This document shows, in pieces, positions 53,787 through 61,361 of a stretch of DNA of 61,361 nucleotides. Source of the stretch: Pyrinomonadaceae bacterium (GTDB taxonomy: Bacteria > Acidobacteriota > Blastocatellia > Pyrinomonadales > Pyrinomonadaceae); the NCBI GenBank assembly GCA_046262195.1, contig JBHENG010000004.1, positions 1-61,361 of the forward strand, written 5' to 3'. The position numbers were made by a program, and so were the translations under genes. Position 1 is the first letter of the stretch. Each line of letters begins with the position of its first letter. The notes under the pieces were generated by a model. That model did not search any database. It worked only from the letters and a program-made list of their open reading frames with translations, and was not told the origin of the DNA.

Positions 53787-55262
53787 ATGATCGACTTTAT
53801 TCTTAATGATCAGGAAATACGCACAAGCCAATCGCCCGGCACCACCGTGCTCGATTTTGTCCGGTATCACAAAAACCTAAAAGGAACAAAGATCGGCTGT
53901 CGCGAGGGGGACTGCGGCGCATGTACACTGCTGGTCGGAGAACTCGCGGGTGACAGTGTGAAATACCGAACGATGACTTCGTGTCTCATGCCGCTCGCCA
54001 ACGCAAGCGGCAAACACATCGTAACGATCGAGGGTATCAATCCGCCGAACCGTGGTCTGACGCCGGTGCAGGAGGCGATGGTCGATGAAAGCGGGACACA
54101 ATGCGGCTTCTGCACCGTCGGTTTCGTGATGTCTCTGACAGGCTTTTGTATCGATGAGACGCCAAAAACTCCTGACCTGGCCATTTCGTCCGTCGACGGC
54201 AACATCTGCCGCTGCACGGGTTATAAATCGATCAAAAGAGCAGTTTGCCGTCTCAGCGATCTCGCCGCCAACCATGATGAGGGCGGTGGTTCTCTCGATG
54301 GCGCGATCAGCAGCAATATAATCCCCGATTATTTCACGGCGATACCGCAGAGGCTACAAACTCTGAGACCTACAAAACCGATGAGATCAAGCACGAACTT
54401 GTTCGTTGGCGGCGGAACCGACGTATATGTTCAAAAGCCCGAGGTCATGGGTGAGGCTGACGGGGAACATCTGTTTTACGATGCAGAACTTCGCGGCATA
54501 CGAGAGAACGGCGAGATGGTGGAGATAGGGGCTTCGGCGACGGTTACTGATCTGATGGTCTCGCCTGTAATGCAGGCTATATTTCCGGATCTTTATAAAC
54601 ACTTTAAACTCGTCTCTTCAACGCCTATTCGGAACATGGCGACGCTTGCCGGAAACTTCATTAATGCTTCGCCCATCGGCGATATGACGGTGTGGTTTCT
54701 CGCCTTGAACGCGAAGGTCGAATTTACCCGCTACGACAGCGGCGAATCGCGAAATTTGCCATTAAAAGACCTGTACCTCGGCTACAAACAGCTGGCCAGA
54801 TCGGAGGATGAGTACATTCGGTCTGTCCGGTTCAGAAAACCATCTGGTGACTTTCGGTTCAATTTTGAGAAGGTGAGCAAGAGAACCTACCTGGACATCT
54901 CAACCGTGAACACTGCGATCTCGTTAAACGTTCGATCGGCCCCTGCGCCGACATGGCGTCCGCCTCCTCTCGACCCGCAGCTTCCGGCGCAATCGGCGGG
55001 CGTTCAGACCCACTACAGCATCGTAGAGGCCCATGTTGCTGCCGGCGGCGTAGCTCCGATACCACTGTACCTCAAGGAGACATCGGACTTCCTCAGCGGT
55101 AAGGAGGTGAATGGCGAAACTCTGCGTCAAGCTTTCGAGTTGATCCAGGCGGAGATCTCGCCGATAAGTGACGTTCGCGGTACCGAAGCTTATAAACGGC
55201 TGCTTTTGAGGCAGCTTTTTACGGCACATTTTTTTGAACTGTTTGGTTTGAAATGTCGATAA
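53787..55262 (+). CDS. xdhA: xanthine dehydrogenase small subunit (2x[2Fe-2S] + FAD domain)
   Basis: GCREGDCGACT, ..QCGFCT.. and ..NICRCTGY.. are followed by an FAD-binding (CO-dehydrogenase flavoprotein-like) domain. Confidence 0.85.
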   Translation: MIDFILNDQEIRTSQSPGTTVLDFVRYHKNLKGTKIGCREGDCGACTLLVGELAGDSVKYRTMTSCLMPLANASGKHIVTIEGINPPNRGLTPVQEAMVDESGTQCGFCTVGFVMSLTGFCIDETPKTPDLAISSVDGNICRCTGYKSIKRAVCRLSDLAANHDEGGGSLDGAISSNIIPDYFTAIPQRLQTLRPTKPMRSSTNLFVGGGTDVYVQKPEVMGEADGEHLFYDAELRGIRENGEMVEIGASATVTDLMVSPVMQAIFPDLYKHFKLVSSTPIRNMATLAGNFINASPIGDMTVWFLALNAKVEFTRYDSGESRNLPLKDLYLGYKQLARSEDEYIRSVRFRKPSGDFRFNFEKVSKRTYLDISTVNTAISLNVRSAPAPTWRPPPLDPQLPAQSAGVQTHYSIVEAHVAAGGVAPIPLYLKETSDFLSGKEVNGETLRQAFELIQAEISPISDVRGTEAYKRLLLRQLFTAHFFELFGLKCR

Positions 55263-55270
55263 GTGGGTGA

Positions 55271-57571
55271 ATGAAAAACGTTGATTCGACATCACACGTT
55301 CGCGGTGAATCCATTTACCTCGATGATATTCAGCTCGTTCAGGGCACGTTATACGCGTGTGTTTTTGACTCGCCCGTAGCTCACGGCCGGCTCTACAGCA
55401 TTGATACGTCGATAGCCGAGAGGTCTGAGGGCGTCGTGAGGGTCATAACTTCCAAAGATATTGTAGGCGAGAACCAGATCGGCGGCATCATCCCGGATGA
55501 ACCGCTGCTGGCTGATGAGGAAGTGCATTTTCAAGGGATGCCCATCGCGATCATTGTGGCAGGGACCGAGAAGCTGGCCCGGAGGGCGGCAAACAGCGTC
55601 ACCGCTGGAATAGAAGAGCTTGCGCCGGTCACGGACCCACGTGTCGCCGCTGCGAACGGCGATCTGATAGTGGGGCCCAAGCAGTTCAAGATGGGCGAGG
55701 TCGAACTGGTATTTAGCAACTGTAAACACGTTTTCGAGGGGCGTGCGGACGTAAATGGACAGGAACACCTCTATATCGAAACGCAGGGGGCGTATGCCGT
55801 TCCGACCGAGAACGGCGGGCTAAAAGTCTATTCTTCCACGCAGGGCCCGAGTGCCGTCCAGCGTGCTGTTTGTCGCGTTACCGGGTTGGCTATGCACCAG
55901 GTCGAGGTAGACGTCCAGCGTTTGGGCGGCGGTTTTGGCGGCAAGGAAGACCAGGCCAATGCCTGGGCGGCCGTTTGCGCGGTTGCATCCCAGTTGACCG
56001 GCCGCCCTGTAAAATACGCTTTGCATCGCATGGAAGACATGCGGATGACAGGCAAGCGGCATCCGTACTCCGCAGATTATAAGATCGGCCTCGATGCGGA
56101 CCTGAAGATAATGGCCTATGAGGTGACCTTTTATCAGAACGCTGGAGCCGCCTGCGACCTCTCGCCGCCCGTGCTGGAACGCACCCTTTTTCACTGCACA
56201 AACTCATATTACATCCCCAATGTGAGTGCGACCGCCTATTGCTGCCGGACCAATCTCCCGCCAAACACCGCATTCCGCGGCTTTGGTGGCCCCCAGGGAA
56301 TGTTCGTTATCGAGTCGGCCATCGAGCACGCAGCAGAGGAACTGGGTGTGAATAAGATCGACATTCAGCGGCGTAATCTGCTGAAAGACGGCGACGAGTT
56401 TCCTTATGGTCAAAAGGCAGAGAGTGATGCAGTGACGTCCTGGACGCAGGCTGACGCGGAGTACGATTTTTCACTTCTGCAAAAACAAGCAGAGGATTTT
56501 AATGTCGATTCCCTGTACCTGAAAAAAGGCGTGGCCGTGATGCCCATATGTTTTGGTATCTCGTTCACAAAAACCCCCATGAACCAGGCCCGTTCACTGG
56601 TACATGTGTACACGGACGGCAGCGTGGCGGTGTCGACCGGCGCCGTAGAGATGGGTCAGGGCGTGAATACCAAAATGGCACAGGTCGCTGCACGCATGTT
56701 TGGTCTGCCGATCACGCACGTAAAGGTTCACACGACTAATACCTTACGAATCGCCAATACCAGCCCGACGGCGGCGTCGGCGGCTGCAGATCTTAACGGG
56801 AAGGCTACGCAGCTCGCCTGTGAGTCGATTCGCGATCGCCTTTTCGAGGTCGCAAAGGACCTGGTTGAGGCCGCCCGCGTGGAAGACCTCTCGCTTAACG
56901 ACGGCTTTGTCTATCGCAACGGCGAAAAAACCGGATTGGAATGGCAAACCCTTGTCATGGAAGCTCACCTTCAGCGGGTCAGTCTGAGCGAGCATTCCCA
57001 CTATGCCACGCCGGGCATCGGCTTTGACTGGAGCGTAGCCAAGGGCCATCCGTTTGCTTATCACGTATATGGCACGGCAATCGTCGGGGTCACCGTTGAC
57101 TGCCTTCGTGGCCGCTACGAGATCGACTACGTTAAATGTTGTCACGACTTTGGCTCGTCGATTAACACCGCGATCGATTACGGCCAGATCGAAGGCGGGA
57201 TTGTACAAGGCCTCGGCTGGATGACGATGGAAGAGGTCGTCTTTGACGATGCCGGGCGGCTACGCTCGAATGCTTTGTCTACGTACAAGGTACCGGATAT
57301 TTACTCCGTACCAAAAGAGATCGCCATTTTGCCGTTAGAGACAAGCCGCGAAAACCTCGCGATCTTTAATTCAAAAGCCGTCGGCGAGCCGCCGCTCATG
57401 TACGCCCTCGGCGCGTACTTTGCCATCCGGAATGCCGTCAAAGCATTTGCCGATTGTTCGCCCCCTTTTGATGCCCCGTTCACACCCGAAAAGGTGCTGA
57501 TGAATCTCTACGCTTCGGACCTGGCCACGATAGCGGCAAAGGCAACTAGTTGGCCTGGAAACGAAATATAG
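55271..57571 (+). CDS. xdhB: xanthine dehydrogenase molybdopterin-binding subunit
   Basis: 766 aa. ..RLGGGFGGKE.., ..AFRGFGGPQG.. and ..GEPP.. are present. Confidence 0.9.
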   Translation: MKNVDSTSHVRGESIYLDDIQLVQGTLYACVFDSPVAHGRLYSIDTSIAERSEGVVRVITSKDIVGENQIGGIIPDEPLLADEEVHFQGMPIAIIVAGTEKLARRAANSVTAGIEELAPVTDPRVAAANGDLIVGPKQFKMGEVELVFSNCKHVFEGRADVNGQEHLYIETQGAYAVPTENGGLKVYSSTQGPSAVQRAVCRVTGLAMHQVEVDVQRLGGGFGGKEDQANAWAAVCAVASQLTGRPVKYALHRMEDMRMTGKRHPYSADYKIGLDADLKIMAYEVTFYQNAGAACDLSPPVLERTLFHCTNSYYIPNVSATAYCCRTNLPPNTAFRGFGGPQGMFVIESAIEHAAEELGVNKIDIQRRNLLKDGDEFPYGQKAESDAVTSWTQADAEYDFSLLQKQAEDFNVDSLYLKKGVAVMPICFGISFTKTPMNQARSLVHVYTDGSVAVSTGAVEMGQGVNTKMAQVAARMFGLPITHVKVHTTNTLRIANTSPTAASAAADLNGKATQLACESIRDRLFEVAKDLVEAARVEDLSLNDGFVYRNGEKTGLEWQTLVMEAHLQRVSLSEHSHYATPGIGFDWSVAKGHPFAYHVYGTAIVGVTVDCLRGRYEIDYVKCCHDFGSSINTAIDYGQIEGGIVQGLGWMTMEEVVFDDAGRLRSNALSTYKVPDIYSVPKEIAILPLETSRENLAIFNSKAVGEPPLMYALGAYFAIRNAVKAFADCSPPFDAPFTPEKVLMNLYASDLATIAAKATSWPGNEI

Positions 57572-57605
57572 AGCTTCATTCTTCAGTTGCTGTAGAATTT
57601 GGCTC

Positions 57606-58574
57606 GTGATCAAAGAACTGGAGCTCTGGCAATTTATCCTCGAGCGTTTGCGGAGGAACGAGCCGGTCATGCTGCTTGTCGTTGCAAAGAGTTCCGGCAG
57701 CAGTCCTGGACGCGCGGGCTACAAGATGGCCGTAGCTGCCGACGGTCAACTATGCGGCAGTATCGGCGGAGGAATCATGGAGATCGCACTGGTCGAAGAG
57801 GCCAAGGCAGAGATCTCCCCGGCCGCCAATGGGGTCGTTTCGAAATTAATAGAACAGGTTCATCAAAAGAACAGCCCGAGCGCAAGCGGCATGATATGCT
57901 CCGGGCGACAGACAGTGATCCTACATTTGATCAAACCTGATCCGGTCCTCATTGCGGAGATCGAGGCATTTATTGAAGACGATAACGCGATGACGCTAAC
58001 TTTGACGCCAAATAGATTAGCGATCCGGCCAGACGCTGCAGAAACGGGCGCCTCGACTGCCTTCGATCAGCTCTCAGAGACGGAATTTCAGTATTCCGAG
58101 AGACTCGGATACACGAACGAGCTCTACATTATCGGCGGAGGTCATTGCTCTTTAGCGTTGTCAGATCTGATGTCTAAACTGGATTTCCGGATAACGGTTC
58201 TTGACGACAGGCCGGACCTTAACACTGTTTCAAAAAACCACTTCGCCCACCACATCGACATCATCGGCGGTTACGAGGCGGTCGTGGAGCAAATCGGAGA
58301 CGGGCCAAATACCTATGTAGTGGTGATGACCGTGGGATACCAGTCGGACGCCGCCGTCATCCGCAGCCTGATTGATAAACCTCTCAGATATGTTGGGGTT
58401 CTGGGCAGCAAGGCAAAAATGGCCACGCTGCTTCGCGATCTCGAGCGGGAAGGTTTCTCTCGCGAACAGCTTTCACGGCTCCATACGCCTATCGGCGTTC
58501 CCATAAACAGCCGAACGCCAGAAGAAATAGCCGTGAGCATTGCGGCTGAAATTATCGCGATCAAAAATGCGTAA
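57606..58574 (+). CDS. xdhC: XdhC/CoxI-family molybdenum cofactor insertion chaperone
   Basis: ..V.....GS.PGR.G.KM.V..DG...GSIGGG and the C-terminal ..GLPI....PEEIAVSIAAEII.. are present. It lies after xdhB. Confidence 0.8.
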   Translation: MIKELELWQFILERLRRNEPVMLLVVAKSSGSSPGRAGYKMAVAADGQLCGSIGGGIMEIALVEEAKAEISPAANGVVSKLIEQVHQKNSPSASGMICSGRQTVILHLIKPDPVLIAEIEAFIEDDNAMTLTLTPNRLAIRPDAAETGASTAFDQLSETEFQYSERLGYTNELYIIGGGHCSLALSDLMSKLDFRITVLDDRPDLNTVSKNHFAHHIDIIGGYEAVVEQIGDGPNTYVVVMTVGYQSDAAVIRSLIDKPLRYVGVLGSKAKMATLLRDLEREGFSREQLSRLHTPIGVPINSRTPEEIAVSIAAEIIAIKNA

Positions 58575-58577
58575 CCG

Positions 58578-58994
58578 TCATTTCGCAAACACCGAGCTGA
58601 AATCGTTAAATCCTTTGAACTCCAACGCGTTGCCGCTGGGATCCAGAAAGAACATAGTCCCCTGTTCACCCACCTCGCCCGCAAACCTGATCTTTGGCTC
58701 GATTATGAACTCAACCTTTTTCGCACGCAGTTTTTCGGCCAGCTCCCGCCATTCATTCATCGGCAGAACGACTCCAAAATGCGGGACAGGTACGTCATCG
58801 GCATCGACGTGATTCGATGCCCTGATCCCTGTTGATTCCGGCGCGAGGTGGGTCACGATCTGGTGACCATACAGGTCAAAGTCGATCCACCGCTCGGAGC
58901 TCCGGCCTTCGGGACACTCGAGGACGCGTCCATAAAACTCGCGGGCCTGTTCGAGATCGTGAACCGGAAAAGCGAGATGAAATAGGTTTTTCAT
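58578..58994 (-). CDS. VOC (glyoxalase/bleomycin-resistance/dioxygenase) family protein
   Basis: 138 aa. [22 protein letters not shown].. is a typical VOC N-terminus. Confidence 0.65.
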   Translation of the reverse strand: MKNLFHLAFPVHDLEQAREFYGRVLECPEGRSSERWIDFDLYGHQIVTHLAPESTGIRASNHVDADDVPVPHFGVVLPMNEWRELAEKLRAKKVEFIIEPKIRFAGEVGEQGTMFFLDPSGNALEFKGFNDFSSVFAK

Positions 58995-59032
58995 AAAATT
59001 GCGCCGATAAGCTGCTGTGCTAATCTCGAAAA

Positions 59033-60217
59033 ATGTCGGATAACGTCCAAAAATTCATCGCTGAGCTGACCGCGTCGATCCAGGACGGTACCTTTGTTAA
59101 ATTGACGCTAGGCAATTATAAAGGGCCTGACAAACAACTCCAAAAGATACTCGTCCGACTGGTGCGGACAAAGAAAGGGGACCGACTCTACTTCCAATAC
59201 CGCGAGACATTAAGGGATACGGCGAAGAACTACGACGTGAATACCGGCATCGCGTTGATTGCGGAATCGCTCGACGGACAGTTTTTCAGCGGCCATCTAT
59301 TTACCACTGAAAAGGACGTCCAGCTTAGCATCAGCAAAAAAGGCCGGCCGCTTCTGAACGTATCTAAGCCAAGTTTCAGCAAACCACCGAAATCCGTCCA
59401 TAACCGCGAAAAGAAGCTGCAGGTCGACCAACACAGTTTTTACCTCAAGGCTCTCGGCATCACGGACGATACCGGCCGTGTTAAGAACCCGCAGCAGGAC
59501 AAATGGCGGCAGATCAATAAATTCATTGAAGTATTGGCGAGCCTCGTCGACAAATCCCAGCTAAAGGACAAGCATGAGCTTTCAATAGTGGATATGGGCT
59601 GCGGGAAAGGTTATCTGACCTTTGCCGCTTATGATCATTTTAAAAACGTTCGAGGGGTCAATGTCCATGTCGTAGGTGTTGAGACCCGGCCCGAGCTGGT
59701 CAAACTCTGTAACCACATAGCCGACGCGTCCGGGTTTGACAACCTGAAGTTTGTGGTCGGGGATATATCCCAATTCGACATGGACCGGACGGACATCCTT
59801 ATCGCCCTTCACGCGTGCAATACGGCGACGGACGATGCCCTGTTCAAGGGCATCTCGGCTCACGCAGACCTCATTATCGGCGCTCCGTGCTGCCACCAGG
59901 AGCTTCGACCGCAGATCAAGGCGCCTGCCATGCTAAAAGATATTCTTAAGCACGGCGTAATGCTCGAGAGAACTGCTGAAACCCTCACCGATGGACTTCG
60001 CTCGCTCCTATTGGAACGCAGCGGTTATGAGACAAAGCTGTTTGAGTTCGTGTCGATTGAACATACTGCGAAGAACAATATGCTCGTCGGAACGCGAACT
60101 GCTAAGAAACGGGGCGTCAAAGCTATTCAGCGGCAGATCGACGATATCTGTGAAGCGTACGGCATTCGCCGTCAGGCTCTGATGAGCCTGCTTGGTGAGC
60201 AACAGAATTTGGATTAA
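59033..60217 (+). CDS. class I SAM-dependent methyltransferase with ~170-aa N-terminal extra domain
   Basis: [13 protein letters not shown] is motif I, and ..VGDIS.. and ..LHACNTATD.. follow. The substrate is unknown. Confidence 0.65.
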   Translation: MSDNVQKFIAELTASIQDGTFVKLTLGNYKGPDKQLQKILVRLVRTKKGDRLYFQYRETLRDTAKNYDVNTGIALIAESLDGQFFSGHLFTTEKDVQLSISKKGRPLLNVSKPSFSKPPKSVHNREKKLQVDQHSFYLKALGITDDTGRVKNPQQDKWRQINKFIEVLASLVDKSQLKDKHELSIVDMGCGKGYLTFAAYDHFKNVRGVNVHVVGVETRPELVKLCNHIADASGFDNLKFVVGDISQFDMDRTDILIALHACNTATDDALFKGISAHADLIIGAPCCHQELRPQIKAPAMLKDILKHGVMLERTAETLTDGLRSLLLERSGYETKLFEFVSIEHTAKNNMLVGTRTAKKRGVKAIQRQIDDICEAYGIRRQALMSLLGEQQNLD

Positions 60218-60232
60218 TATCATTCGCATCAT

Positions 60233-60688
60233 ATGCGATCAGAAGCGTCAACACCCGAGGAATATATTGCCGGCCTGCCCGCCGATCGCAAGCCGGCCGT
60301 CAGCGCGATCCGGGACGCCATTAACAGCAACTTGCCCCCGGGATTTAAGGAGATAATCTCTTACGGCATGATCGGTTGGGTAGTGCCGCACGAGTTGTAT
60401 CCGGCAGGATACCGCAGCGACCCAAAGCTTCCACTGCCGTTTATCAGTCTCGCGTCTCAGAAAAACCATATAGCGCTCTATCACATGGGTTTATATGGCG
60501 GAGGGCTGATCGACTGGTTTCGCACCGAGTGGAACAAGGCCAACACAACACACAAACTAGATATCGGTAAATCGTGCGTTCGATTTAAAAAGCCGGATGA
60601 CATCCCCGTCGATCTGCTCGGCCGGCTTGCGTCAAAAATGACGCCCCAGCAGTGGATAGTCGCCTACGAGTCCGCCCGTAGGACTTAG
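60233..60688 (+). CDS. DUF1801 (YdhG-like) domain protein
   Basis: ..TPEEYIAGLPADRKPAVSAIRDAI.. and ..KNHIALYHMG.. are typical of this family. Confidence 0.6.
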   Translation: MRSEASTPEEYIAGLPADRKPAVSAIRDAINSNLPPGFKEIISYGMIGWVVPHELYPAGYRSDPKLPLPFISLASQKNHIALYHMGLYGGGLIDWFRTEWNKANTTHKLDIGKSCVRFKKPDDIPVDLLGRLASKMTPQQWIVAYESARRT

Positions 60689-60704
60689 GGCTCCGCCAAT
60701 ATCC

Positions 60705-60733
60705 TTGACCCAAATAGCGACCCGATCTATAAT
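60705..60733 (+). promoter_or_regulatory. near-consensus sigma70 promoter for rpmE
   Basis: TTGACC (60705-60710), a 17-nt spacer and TATAAT (60728-60733). It lies 54 nt upstream of the ATG, and the RBS is AAGGAAG. Confidence 0.6.
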
Positions 60734-60786
60734 AAAAGATTGCGTTATATCGCACATCGCTTATCTACGGCGAAGGAAGTGAGATT

Positions 60787-61008
60787 ATGAAACAAGATAT
60801 ACATCCAAAATATAACCCGATATCGGTCATATGCGCCTGTGGCAGTACGTTTCAGACCCGCTCAACTATGAGCGAAGATCTGCACATAGAAATTTGCTCC
60901 GAGTGCCATCCGTTTTTCACCGGTAAACAAAAACTCGTCGACACTGCCGGACGGGTCGATCGCTTTAACAAGCGGTACGCTCGCGGGGCAGCTGAGGCCG
61001 CTAAATAA
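60787..61008 (+). CDS. rpmE: 50S ribosomal protein L31 (Cys-containing, zinc-binding type)
   Basis: MKQDIHPKY.., CACGSTF.., [13 protein letters not shown]. Confidence 0.95.
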   Translation: MKQDIHPKYNPISVICACGSTFQTRSTMSEDLHIEICSECHPFFTGKQKLVDTAGRVDRFNKRYARGAAEAAK

Positions 61009-61060
61009 GGTTGTTGGCTCATTGAGACTCGTAACTGACAAATATTAGCTAAGAAAAACG

Positions 61061-61135
61061 ACGCCGACCTTGTGGCTCTCCGCTAAGCGTGTATTTCACG
61101 CGACCAGAGGGTAAAAAAAGGTCGGCGTTTTGTAT
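61061..61135 (+). terminator. long composite hairpin plus T-run after rpmE
   Basis: An 11-bp outer stem pairs ACGCCGACCTT (61061-61071) with AAGGTCGGCGT (61118-61128). It encloses a 46-nt loop with an inner GCGTG/CACGC stem and is followed by TTTTG. An A-run lies upstream. Confidence 0.55.
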
Positions 61136-61201
61136 TAAAAAATCGCATGCGAGGGTGCTTTATGCATCTATATAACTTGGTCTGAAATCAAACAAAGCGA
61201 T

Positions 61202-61361
61202 ATGAAAACCCGATCAACGACCCGCAAGTTGCGGTTCCTTCACACAATATTTGCCCTCGAGCGCGATCTTATCGTCGGCGGCCAGGCCGTTATGGAAGGC
61301 GTCATGATGCGAACTCCGTCGGCCTATGCCATCGCATGCCGAAAGTCAGATGGATCGATAG
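61202..61361 (+). CDS. DUF1385-family protein, 5' fragment (runs off the window)
   Basis: Translation from the ATG at 61202 is [65 protein letters not shown] is the DUF1385 N-terminal signature. This family is often found downstream of rpmE. Confidence 0.55.
   Translation, partial: MKTRSTTRKLRFLHTIFALERDLIVGGQAVMEGVMMRTPSAYAIACRKSDGSI

Overview
This is a 61.4-kb chromosomal segment with about 55 protein-coding genes and 2 tRNAs. I found no rRNA, no CRISPR array and no recognisable transposase, integrase or phage genes. All calls rest on the supplied ORF track, on motifs I recognise from memory and on manual inspection of intergenic DNA; no database search or folding program was run. The gene content (MglA/MglB, an exosortase/PEP-CTERM polysaccharide locus, S46 peptidase, an exported TPR-CHAT protein, class II RNR) and the moderate GC suggest a Gram-negative soil bacterium, possibly Acidobacteriota. 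That taxonomic guess is inference only.

Housekeeping blocks:
- HemQ-like gene and thiD-thiE.
- An NDP-sugar pyrophosphorylase.
- A fused homocysteine-methyltransferase/MTHFR gene behind a structured leader.
- A co-directional yvcK(glmR)-glmU-orf108-glmS-qor block.
- ispA-like gene, flavin reductase and nrdJ.
- dacB and mpl.
- S46 peptidase, an aminotransferase and mpg.
- A DsbA-like gene and a glutaminyl cyclase, followed by guaD-xdhABC.
- rpmE and the start of a DUF1385 gene.

Accessory or less ordinary blocks:
- mglB-mglA, split by a heptamer-periodic inverted-repeat element.
- A secreted protein, an exported TPR-CHAT protease, an ECF-type sigma and an anti-sigma (16.6-22.3 kb). This is my best candidate for an undescribed signalling system.
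- An overlapping small-ORF/minimal-nucleotidyltransferase pair next to tRNA-Asp and tRNA-Val.
- An eight-gene exosortase (Xrt-EpsI fusion)/PEP-CTERM-type exopolysaccharide core locus (23.6-34.9 kb), with no substrate or glycosyltransferase genes in view.
- A patch of small orphan genes (43.4-45.3 kb) that includes a secreted protein with three internal repeats.
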